IMG/VR virus record: IMGVR_UViG_3300044846_000114
Location: 1-34,313 of that record
Direction: 5' to 3' (one strand)
Length of the DNA stretch: 34,313 bases
From: a virus
Lineage: Duplodnaviria > Caudoviricetes
The translations under genes were made by a program, and so were the position numbers. Under the pieces are notes generated by a model that had not been told where the DNA came from, ran no database searches, and was given only the letters and a program-made list of their open reading frames with translations. This document shows, piece by piece, positions 9,775 to 16,925 of this stretch (positions within the stretch are counted from its first letter, which is position 1; every line of letters begins with the position of its first letter).

Positions 9775-10256
9775 AAAAAAACCACAGATCCCAGCACCTC
9801 AGTGATAGGTGCAGACAATAGATCATTTGCATAGTCCTCATGCTTAGATGCATCAAATGGCATATCTACCCATTTGCCGTACCAGTTCCTCTTTTGTGGG
9901 ATGACCATACTAGCTGCAATCCTGTGGATGTTCTCATTGAAATTAGATGCAAAATGCTTTGATTCTACATACCTAGCTGTAGGCATGTTTTTGACATCAT
10001 AGACACATCTGTATCTTTTGCCTTTTGTGTGGATGTACTTTTCATGTTTCACATCAAAATTCTTTTGCAAAAATCTAGTCTTTCCCACAATTTTAAACAG
10101 CTTTCTGTCATCCATTTCTTTGATCTGCTGCTCAGTCAGATTTGTGATGATTGCAATAGTCTTGATAGACAGATCCTCATCTGTCATGCCCTCTTTCGTG
10201 TTTTGTAGGTCAGCCAGTTGCTGCCATTGAAATACATTTATGTTTTTCCATGTCAT
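9600..10256 (-). CDS. Tail assembly chaperone (gpG-like)
   Basis: Contains GTG GTT TTT TTT TGT (VVFFC) slippery site; starts a late unit. Confidence 0.65.
   Translation of the reverse strand: MTWKNINVFQWQQLADLQNTKEGMTDEDLSIKTIAIITNLTEQQIKEMDDRKLFKIVGKTRFLQKNFDVKHEKYIHTKGKRYRCVYDVKNMPTARYVESKHFASNFNENIHRIAASMVIPQKRNWYGKWVDMPFDASKHEDYANDLLSAPITEVLGSVVFFCQVYRNWIKISKDYLIWQMMMTAKMSRLQAEILHQGLCSVLDGFIKPQLWQNMRKSN
9772..9783 (-). other. Programmed -1 frameshift slippery site GG-T9-G
   Basis: A9 run at 9773-9781 on the plus strand; a -1 slip joins the two ORFs. Confidence 0.7.
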
Positions 10257-10260
10257 ACCA

Positions 10261-10268
10261 ATAAATAG
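10261..10268 (-). promoter_or_regulatory. Putative late promoter element CTATTTAT (tail operon)
   Basis: Motif ends 4 nt before the ATG at 10256. Confidence 0.65.
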
Positions 10269-10270
10269 AA

Positions 10271-10414
10271 AATGTCAGCTGTTTAGACTGACATTGTAAA
10301 GTTATAAATTGACACATGTCATAGAAAAGTAAGTCAATAGCTTTACTTTTTGACATATGTTTTGATTGATAAATGGATCATGATTGATTGATAAATCAGT
10401 AGTGATACTGCCAC
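10271..10414. repeat. Cluster of abutting inverted and direct repeats
   Basis: AATGTCAG-N9-CTGACATT; TGTAAAGTTA/TAAATTGACA; ATGTCA..AAAAGTAA..TTACTTTT.TGACAT; TTGATTGATAAAT twice; GTAGT-GAT-ACTGC. Confidence 0.75.
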
Positions 10415-10432
10415 AATTAGTGAAAAAATAAA

Positions 10433-11602
10433 CTAGCCGAATGAATACCTGCCTGTGCCTCGTTTCATGTTTGTATTATTCCAGGCCAGTGCTAGTGCCA
10501 TGACACAGTCATCATGAAATCCACTAGGTGCAGAATATTTCACACCTGTAGCTGTGAACTCATATTCAAAGATGTTCAGTTCAGCTGTGATAGCACCATC
10601 AGGAAATGCAATCTTTCTCTGCTGGATAGCTGCTGCTAGTCCTGTCATCAGTTGCTGCTTTGATCCCTGGCTAAATTTAAACCCTGTGACATCCAGCCCC
10701 TCTGCCTGTAGATCCTCAAAGATAGGATCACCCACACCAGTGCTATCCATCAGGATAGGTGCAGCTGGCAGATTCTTAATTCGCTGTTTGGTAGTCCGCC
10801 AGTCCTCTTGAAATCTGTCAAAGTATGATACTGTGCCATTGCTGTCCAGGCCTATGATCACTGTGTAGTCAAATGACTTTGCCAGGTCAATGCCATAGCA
10901 TACAGTGGGCTGTGTACTCATTGGATATGTACACTGCTGTATAAACATAGCACCAAATGGATTTGCTACATTCTCATTGAACTCTGCCATGTATTCCTGG
11001 CTGAATGCTAATTCAGGCAGATCACCTCTGGCCTCATCTATCTCATTGGGATCTATGTATGGATTGTCATAGGTAGACATCTGCCAGCTAGTCCATCCTG
11101 GATCACCTGATTTGCCCCTCTGCCATATTTTGTGAAAATCGTTTTTGCCCTTAGGTGTAGACAGAAAGAATGCATCCCCTCTATAGTCAGTCAGTGTAGG
11201 TCTGATTGATTCAGTCCATCTGTGCCATAGGTTTTTAACGAATGCAGCCTCATCAATGATGTTTCTGTGATACTTTCTAGATCTACCTGCCAGTTCATTC
11301 TCTAAACTCCAAAACTCTATTTTGCCACCTGTGATCAATTCAATAAACTGATGATCATTTTTCCTGGATATGATAGGCTCTAATGCATGCAGGCATTCAT
11401 TGTATGTGCCATCTAGTAGTTTGTATGTAGGTGTGAAATACCCTGCTAGTTTGCCAGCTATGGCAGTCTCAGATAGTAGATTGATAGCCAGGGCAGATTT
11501 GCCCCATCTTCGACCACATGATAGCACAGAAAACCTTTTATGGCCATCTACTACTTTCTGCTGATTGATGTGCAGTTCATTTAGGTGTACTGTCTTATCC
11601 AT
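10433..11602 (-). CDS. terL: Terminase large subunit
   Basis: Walker A GRRWGKS, Walker B IIDEAAF, STPKGKN coupling motif, nuclease motifs GIDLA and HDDCVMALALA. Confidence 0.96.
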   Translation of the reverse strand: MDKTVHLNELHINQQKVVDGHKRFSVLSCGRRWGKSALAINLLSETAIAGKLAGYFTPTYKLLDGTYNECLHALEPIISRKNDHQFIELITGGKIEFWSLENELAGRSRKYHRNIIDEAAFVKNLWHRWTESIRPTLTDYRGDAFFLSTPKGKNDFHKIWQRGKSGDPGWTSWQMSTYDNPYIDPNEIDEARGDLPELAFSQEYMAEFNENVANPFGAMFIQQCTYPMSTQPTVCYGIDLAKSFDYTVIIGLDSNGTVSYFDRFQEDWRTTKQRIKNLPAAPILMDSTGVGDPIFEDLQAEGLDVTGFKFSQGSKQQLMTGLAAAIQQRKIAFPDGAITAELNIFEYEFTATGVKYSAPSGFHDDCVMALALAWNNTNMKRGTGRYSFG

Positions 11603-11691
11603 TATGCAAATATTCGTTTCAGAATTTCAATCACTATCCATGTGAAAGAAAACCCTATCATGAACTCTCTCAGATTAAATTTGAATTTCAT
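11602..11691 (-). CDS. Small hydrophobic peptide (29 aa, MKFKFNLREFMIGFSFTWIVIEILKRIFA)
   Basis: Translated by hand; TAATG overlap with terL start; ACTATG start context. Confidence 0.55.
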   Translation of the reverse strand: MKFKFNLREFMIGFSFTWIVIEILKRIFA

Positions 11692-11710
11692 AGTATTAGT
11701 GTTTCTTTTA

Positions 11711-11839
11711 TTAGTCCATCCATTTGCCATGTGTTCTCAAATGCCAGAATCTATGCTTCAATACTTCACATACTAATTGAAAGAATGTGTCAGCTTCATA
11801 GATCCCTGCTTTGCATGTTAGTTTAAAATTTGCTTTCAT
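11711..11839 (-). CDS. Small hypothetical protein (42 aa, MKANFKLTCKAGIYEADTFFQLVCEVLKHRFWHLRTHGKWMD)
   Basis: Translated by hand; A-rich leader; fills the terS-terL gap. Confidence 0.65.
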   Translation of the reverse strand: MKANFKLTCKAGIYEADTFFQLVCEVLKHRFWHLRTHGKWMD

Positions 11840-11847
11840 GTTTTAGT

Positions 11848-11919
11848 TTATTTATTGATTAGTTTATAAAATAACCATTTGCAAAATTCCCATGCAGCTA
11901 TTGAAAGAATGATGATCAT
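11848..11919 (-). CDS. Small hydrophobic peptide (23 aa, MIIILSIAAWEFCKWLFYKLINK)
   Basis: Translated by hand; starts 2 nt after the terS stop. Confidence 0.45.
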   Translation of the reverse strand: MIIILSIAAWEFCKWLFYKLINK

Positions 11920-11921
11920 TT

Positions 11922-12416
11922 CTAGTCTTTTAGTGTTTCTTTCTTTTCATACTTCACTTTGATGGTCACCTCTTTGCTGCCATCCTCCTGGATCTTTTCA
12001 GTCAGGCCATTCAATCTCTGTGTGATGGATGCATTGTAGATCCCTGCCATGCCACCTGCTATCTGATCCTCTCTGATATTTTTCCTTATGCGTGAACAGA
12101 CAGACACAAAATTTGTGTACCTGCTTTCTCTATTTGCGAAATACTGATCTAGATCTGACATGTCTAGTTTGTCCATCACAAAGATCTCAAAGCCCTCCAA
12201 TGTCAATGGCCTTTCCTTTTCTCTGTACACCTCTTTTGCTATGCCACCTACCCAGTCCTTTACTATCAATGGTTTGCCTTTTATCTCTTTTGCATATTGA
12301 CAGAATAGCTGCCACATGATCTCAGGTGTCTCTATATTCTTAGGCCTGCCTACAGGTCTAGGTTTCTCTATTTTTTTAGTTACTTTTTTAGTTGCACTTT
12401 TAGTTGCTTTTGCCAT
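11922..12416 (-). CDS. terS: Terminase small subunit (P22 gp3-like DNA packaging protein)
   Basis: GRPK..ETPE..W, RPLTLEGF and GIYNASITQRLNGL motifs; upstream of terL. Confidence 0.85.
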   Translation of the reverse strand: MAKATKSATKKVTKKIEKPRPVGRPKNIETPEIMWQLFCQYAKEIKGKPLIVKDWVGGIAKEVYREKERPLTLEGFEIFVMDKLDMSDLDQYFANRESRYTNFVSVCSRIRKNIREDQIAGGMAGIYNASITQRLNGLTEKIQEDGSKEVTIKVKYEKKETLKD

Positions 12417-12660
12417 ACATAAATGTCTTGTTTACAATGTCCTGAAATTGTTTAAATGATAGACTGCTCACAAATGAATCCTCACCTGATACTATCTCTG
12501 TGTATTCTTTCCCATCCTGTTCATACCTGCATGCAAAATCTATAGTGAAAAACATGAAATCTACCTCAGTCAGTCTGGTGTAGGTAGTTTTGACATCTAA
12601 GTCTCTCAGCACTATAGTCTCATCATTGTGGCATAAAATAGGGATCACTACTGGTATCAT
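12400..12660 (-). CDS. Hypothetical protein
   Basis: 86-aa ORF with ATGA coupling to the GT2 gene. Confidence 0.65.
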   Translation of the reverse strand: MIPVVIPILCHNDETIVLRDLDVKTTYTRLTEVDFMFFTIDFACRYEQDGKEYTEIVSGEDSFVSSLSFKQFQDIVNKTFMYGKSN

Positions 12661-13283
12661 CTTTCTAGTCTTTTAAAATTGTTTGTACTTTCGTATCTTT
12701 CTATCAATTTATTCCATACATCCTGGGCTTTGTTCAGCCCCTCATCTTTCATCTTTCTGTATTCTGTCTGCTGGCCTACATCATGTCCTATGTGATTGCT
12801 AGTGATGCCAGGGATGTAGTAATTGACAAAGCCTAGTTTGTTTAGTCTGTAGGCATAGTCAGAATCCTGCATTCCGTATGGATCATATTCCTCTGAAAAA
12901 TATCCTACATCTCTGAATGCTGTGCCAGGGATCATGACATTTCCAAATGCTGTGAATGATCTATTGACTAGCACCCCATTGATATTTTCAGGTGTACCTG
13001 CATTCTCTACACAATGAATGCCACACATCCCTGTGTTTGGTATTGATGAAACATATCCTATCATTGTTTTAAGCCAATTGTCAGGCATCACTATGTCATT
13101 TGCTGCTGTGACTATTGCATCATGATTCCAGCCTTTCTCTAGGCCATCATTCAATGCTGCTGCTATTCCTTTGCGTTGGATAGTGATCAGATCAAATGGA
13201 TGTCCTGCATTGTTTATGCTGTCCAGTGTCCTGGATGTATGATCATGCCTTTCATAGTCTAAAAATATGACTGCTACTTTCAT
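12657..13283 (-). CDS. Family 2 (GT-A fold) glycosyltransferase
   Basis: Start reassigned to MKVAVIF (ATGA overlap); GIAAALNDGL, ANDIVMPDNWL and VGYFSEEY..YGMQDSDYAYRL motifs. Confidence 0.85.
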   Translation of the reverse strand: MKVAVIFLDYERHDHTSRTLDSINNAGHPFDLITIQRKGIAAALNDGLEKGWNHDAIVTAANDIVMPDNWLKTMIGYVSSIPNTGMCGIHCVENAGTPENINGVLVNRSFTAFGNVMIPGTAFRDVGYFSEEYDPYGMQDSDYAYRLNKLGFVNYYIPGITSNHIGHDVGQQTEYRKMKDEGLNKAQDVWNKLIERYESTNNFKRLER

Positions 13284-13759
13284 CTGATGTTTTCTCCTAT
13301 ATATTTGGCAGGCACACCTGCATACTTTGCGTTTGCTTTCAATTCTGTTTTCTTTCCTATGAATGCTGATGCCCCTATCATGCATCCACCTGGCACAATT
13401 AGTTTCTGATGGATCACTGCATTTAGTCCTATGTTTGTGCCATCACCTATCACACTATGGCCACCTACTTTTGCCCCACAGCTTAATGTCACCCCATTGC
13501 CTAGCTGTGCATCATGACCTACATGGCTATGTTTCATCAAATAGCAATTCTCACCTATCACTGTAGGTTTTTCTGCACCTGAATCTACTGTCACCAGGCC
13601 TGTCAATCTAGCCCCATTATTTATGATCACACCTTTGTCCTCTTTCTCTTTGCCTTTCCATTCAGGGGCTGCACCTATGATACAATATGCACCTATGTAG
13701 ACATTGTCACCTATTTGTACATTGTTCCCTATTAATGCTGTTGGATGTATAAATGTCAT
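13280..13759 (-). CDS. Left-handed beta-helix acyl/acetyltransferase (LpxA/NeuD-like)
   Basis: IHPTALIG, hexapeptide repeats, HVGHDAQLG and GVPAK. Confidence 0.88.
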   Translation of the reverse strand: MTFIHPTALIGNNVQIGDNVYIGAYCIIGAAPEWKGKEKEDKGVIINNGARLTGLVTVDSGAEKPTVIGENCYLMKHSHVGHDAQLGNGVTLSCGAKVGGHSVIGDGTNIGLNAVIHQKLIVPGGCMIGASAFIGKKTELKANAKYAGVPAKYIGENIR

Positions 13760-13760
13760 A

Positions 13761-14111
13761 CTAGTCTAGTTTGCTTTTAAAGTGATCACAAATCTTTTCC
13801 ATCTTTGCCTGGTAGTATGTAGCAAAGTCTTTGTAGCCCTCCGCCTTTTGCTGATAATTTACATATAGAATGCCTCTCAGTCTTTGACTGGGTGTCTTTT
13901 CTGTGTCTAGATCAGTTTTCAATGCATTGATCTCATCTGCCTCAGTAGTAGTGAATAGTTCCTCTTTGATTGCTGTGTAGCAGAATTTCTGATTCAGCTG
14001 GAATATCTCAGCTGCCTGTGCAGGTGATAGTTCCTGTGTACCTAGTGTGATCCTGACTGTTTTATCTTTTCGTGATGCTATGCTTTCAATCTGTGCTGGT
14101 AGTATGATCAT
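13761..14111 (-). CDS. Hypothetical phage protein
   Basis: 116 aa with KTPSQRLRGILY motif; coupled to neighbours. Confidence 0.7.
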   Translation of the reverse strand: MIILPAQIESIASRKDKTVRITLGTQELSPAQAAEIFQLNQKFCYTAIKEELFTTTEADEINALKTDLDTEKTPSQRLRGILYVNYQQKAEGYKDFATYYQAKMEKICDHFKSKLD

Positions 14112-14332
14112 TGTACTTTGTTTAAAATATTCTTTGCTTCATCTAGTGCTAGTTCCTGCATTTCATCTATGACTATCAAATCAGTCAGATTGTATGCTAT
14201 TGTATTAGCCATCCCCTTTGTCATCAAACTCACTTGATTCATTGTATCATTATGCTCACCTGTTTTGCAGGTAGCTACATAGTAGCATTTGTGTGTTAAG
14301 ATCTGCCAAATTGCTAAAAGTTTGTTTCTCAT
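14108..14332 (-). CDS. Hypothetical protein
   Basis: 74 aa; ATGA overlaps at both ends. Confidence 0.65.
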   Translation of the reverse strand: MRNKLLAIWQILTHKCYYVATCKTGEHNDTMNQVSLMTKGMANTIAYNLTDLIVIDEMQELALDEAKNILNKVQ

Positions 14333-14451
14333 CTGCCCTGGCCTCTGTAGGCCTTTGGCCTGGGTGAATGTTTATTGAAACTCTTTTTTGCATGCCCCTG
14401 CTTTCTTTTCCCAAAACTTACTTTTATAATATTGCTGCTACCTTTTGCCAT
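14329..14451 (-). CDS. Small basic protein (40 aa, MAKGSSNIIKVSFGKRKQGHAKKSFNKHSPRPKAYRGQGR)
   Basis: Translated by hand; no acidic residues; YRGQGR C-terminus; ATGA coupling. Confidence 0.7.
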   Translation of the reverse strand: MAKGSSNIIKVSFGKRKQGHAKKSFNKHSPRPKAYRGQGR

Positions 14452-14695
14452 CTAGTTTGTTTTTATGCTTATCAATTAAAAAATCCATCCATTGTTTTTT
14501 GTCACCGAAATCCAGGTGACATTTTCTGCACAGTGCCTGTAGATTTTCAATCACATCCTTTGTGTTTGATCCACCCATGCCCCTGGCTTTGATATGATGG
14601 ATGTCTACTGCCTTAGCCCCACAAACCTCACATGGTATGAAATCATCTGTATCATAATCAAAGTGATCCAGGTAGACTACTATGTGCTTTTTCAC
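14438..14695 (-). CDS. HNH endonuclease (probably packaging-associated)
   Basis: CEVC, DIHHI and NLQALCRKCH motifs. Confidence 0.88.
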   Translation of the reverse strand: MKKHIVVYLDHFDYDTDDFIPCEVCGAKAVDIHHIKARGMGGSNTKDVIENLQALCRKCHLDFGDKKQWMDFLIDKHKNKLDGKR

Positions 14696-15117
14696 TTTCT
14701 GTCAATTTGCTCTAGCTTTCTGATAGCCCACTCAATCCCTGCATCACCGCCCCATGCATCCCACATCAATCCACCACATCCCTCAGAATATGGCACATCT
14801 TTATGCTGCTGATGTCTTTTGAAAGATGCCATCCTTGCTATTGTATCTCTAGATATTGGCTCTCTATTTGCTAGCTGGTTTGCCCTGGCTTTGCCTGTAG
14901 CTTCACCACATGATCCCCAGCCATTCTCATCAGCCCATTTCAATGCTCTTTTTGCATTGTTTGTGGCAGCCTCAGGATAGTCAGTGAATGAATCCTCTGC
15001 AAACTTACCTGATGCTAGTATGGCTTGCCACACCTCTATGGCTTTCTCTTTTGTGTCATAGATACATTCACCTGTTCCTACTCTCCATTTCCCATTTGTG
15101 CATTGTTTTACTGGCAT
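14692..15117 (-). CDS. Conserved phage protein, possibly head-associated
   Basis: GKARANQLA, TIARMASF.RH and WDAWGG..G..WA motifs recalled from phage head-morphogenesis proteins. Confidence 0.55.
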   Translation of the reverse strand: MPVKQCTNGKWRVGTGECIYDTKEKAIEVWQAILASGKFAEDSFTDYPEAATNNAKRALKWADENGWGSCGEATGKARANQLANREPISRDTIARMASFKRHQQHKDVPYSEGCGGLMWDAWGGDAGIEWAIRKLEQIDRK

Positions 15118-16118
15118 AAACTTTTATATAATTGTTCCCTTAATTTATTTATTTTGTCCAGGTGAAAATTCTGAATACACCATTCATAGTTTGCCTCACC
15201 TAGTTCCTTTCTATAAATAGCATCATTTGCTAGTTTTTTTAGTTCCTTATACCAGTCTGTTTGATAGTTGACCTTTGCCACATAGGGGCAGCCGCTGTAT
15301 GGATCTACATTGCTCACCAATACTGCTATTTTCTTTGTAGCAGCTTCTAGTACTTTTAGATTTGATTTCATGCCATTGAACTTGCTAGATACCAGTGGCA
15401 CTACTGAAATGTCAGCCTCATTGTAGAAATTCATGTACTCCATAATTGGTAAAGCCTTTTTGACTGCACCTGGCATCTTTAGCCCACAGGTAAAATCATG
15501 AATCATTCTGTGCCATACCATCTTGCTGTACTCATTGGCAGGATCATAGCCACACAATGTGAAATGCATTTTGTTAACTAATGATTTGTCAGATAGAATC
15601 TTTTTGAATGGATTGCCTAGCAATGCCACATCCTTTTGATGTGTGATAGATCCTGTGTAGACTACCCTGACATTTTCACCTGGTACATGTACATCTATGA
15701 ACTGATCTTTCCCAAATGGCAAAGCATTAGGGATCACATGTACATTCTGATTCATTTGACTGATCTCATATCTTAGCTTCATGTTTGTACAGGTCACCAT
15801 GTCTGCTGCCTTAATATGATCAATGATAGGCTGTGCATCATATTGGTCATACAGGATATGCCATGGATCTAGATCCCAGTAGTCATCTACATCTAGAATC
15901 AATTTGAATCCATACTTTTCTTTGTATGCAATTAGATCAGTGATGTGACATGTAGGTATGTATCTATTGACTACTACTAGGTCAAATCCCTCAGATAGTA
16001 TTTCATCATTGATAGTATCTGTGAAATAGGCATAGTCTTTTGCCATGTAGTAGATAGGCAGCATCAATCTATGATACCCCACCCCACTGTTTTGCTGTGT
16101 GATTACTAGTAGTCTCAT
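15108..16118 (-). CDS. GT-B fold (GT4-like) glycosyltransferase
   Basis: SGVGYHRL, LDVDDYW, HVIPNAL, YTGSITH and FNGMKSNLKVLEA motifs. Confidence 0.85.
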   Translation of the reverse strand: MRLLVITQQNSGVGYHRLMLPIYYMAKDYAYFTDTINDEILSEGFDLVVVNRYIPTCHITDLIAYKEKYGFKLILDVDDYWDLDPWHILYDQYDAQPIIDHIKAADMVTCTNMKLRYEISQMNQNVHVIPNALPFGKDQFIDVHVPGENVRVVYTGSITHQKDVALLGNPFKKILSDKSLVNKMHFTLCGYDPANEYSKMVWHRMIHDFTCGLKMPGAVKKALPIMEYMNFYNEADISVVPLVSSKFNGMKSNLKVLEAATKKIAVLVSNVDPYSGCPYVAKVNYQTDWYKELKKLANDAIYRKELGEANYEWCIQNFHLDKINKLREQLYKSLCQ

Positions 16119-16225
16119 TTCTTAATTAGGCTGAATATTTTTTGTAAACTCACAGCTGTCACATAAACTATGCATGCTAGTGGCAGACAGATAAAAATAA
16201 AATGCAGGAATTGTATTGCTTTCAT
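16115..16225 (-). CDS. Small membrane peptide (36 aa, MKAIQFLHFIFICLPLACIVYVTAVSLQKIFSLIKK)
   Basis: Translated by hand; one hydrophobic helix; ATGA overlap with GT-B gene. Confidence 0.6.
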   Translation of the reverse strand: MKAIQFLHFIFICLPLACIVYVTAVSLQKIFSLIKK

Positions 16226-16237
16226 AGTAGTAGTTTT

Positions 16238-16315
16238 AAAAATGTCACCCCAGGATTTCCCCCAATTACTATCTGGTTATTAATTTTTAATGTTTAAATA
16301 AATCCCAGGATGACA
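16238..16315 (-). ncRNA. Candidate structured RNA or large-loop terminator
   Basis: 16-bp stem (three G:U pairs) closing a 41-nt loop, followed by T5. Confidence 0.45.
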
Positions 16316-16321
16316 ATATTT

Positions 16322-16690
16322 TTATTTCTTTTTTGCTTTCTTTTTTGGTGCTGGTGGTGTATGCTTAAAATCAGGTAATGAATCACTAAAGATTGGCTTT
16401 GATGCCTCTACTGCCAGCTGATGCAATTCCTCAGATACAGGCACTGTCACAGTCAATGTTTCAGGCTCTGCTTTTGGTAGCCCCTCATAGTAGTATAGCA
16501 ATCGTTTGAGCATGTCAAATACACAATCACCACACCAGTATGTCAATACATAGCTAGGATTCAAATACAGGTGATAAATATGCTCATACATCTGTAGATC
16601 CTGAATAGGTATGTTTCTAGTGTAGCCTAATTTGACTGTGTCAAAATTGATCTTGTTAGTTTCTAGAAAATCAATGTGTTCCTGTTTCAT
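16322..16690 (-). CDS. Hypothetical protein with CxxC and Lys-rich tail
   Basis: YWCGDCV motif; C-terminal KKKAKKK. Confidence 0.7.
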   Translation of the reverse strand: MKQEHIDFLETNKINFDTVKLGYTRNIPIQDLQMYEHIYHLYLNPSYVLTYWCGDCVFDMLKRLLYYYEGLPKAEPETLTVTVPVSEELHQLAVEASKPIFSDSLPDFKHTPPAPKKKAKKK

Positions 16691-16925
16691 AGGCTTTGTT
16701 CATTATTGTTTTAAGTAATACAGAAAAAATTGCTGCACCCATCATCACTATGATCACATCAGTGACATACATAGGCAATAGATACAGTGCTAATGCTACC
16801 CATGCAGGTAGACATACCAGGCAATTGAATGGCCTGAAATCTAGCTTCAATTTTTTGTGAAATCTAGCCATCTCAATAAAATAGAAACTGAAAAGGCCAG
16901 CAGCTAAAATGTTTAAAATTATCAT
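16671..16925 (-). CDS. Small membrane protein with CxxC
   Basis: Hydrophobic segments around RPFNCLVCLPAW. Confidence 0.7.
   Translation of the reverse strand: MIILNILAAGLFSFYFIEMARFHKKLKLDFRPFNCLVCLPAWVALALYLLPMYVTDVIIVMMGAAIFSVLLKTIMNKAYETGTH

Noticed and set aside
10271-10414. CRISPR mini-array or short ORF (MSKSKAIDLL..., 48 aa) in the terL-distal gap
   Set aside because: No repeated unit with regular spacers; the ORF would run across the late promoter motif and into the next gene. Coding is not fully excluded.
13284-13385. 34-aa N-terminal extension of the GT2 ORF
   Set aside because: Overlaps the acyltransferase; the ATGA-coupled start at 13283 gives a typical GT2 first strand.
13280-13759. 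Calling the acyltransferase lpxA
   Set aside because: Only 159 aa and lacks the LpxA C-terminal helical domain; substrate unknown.
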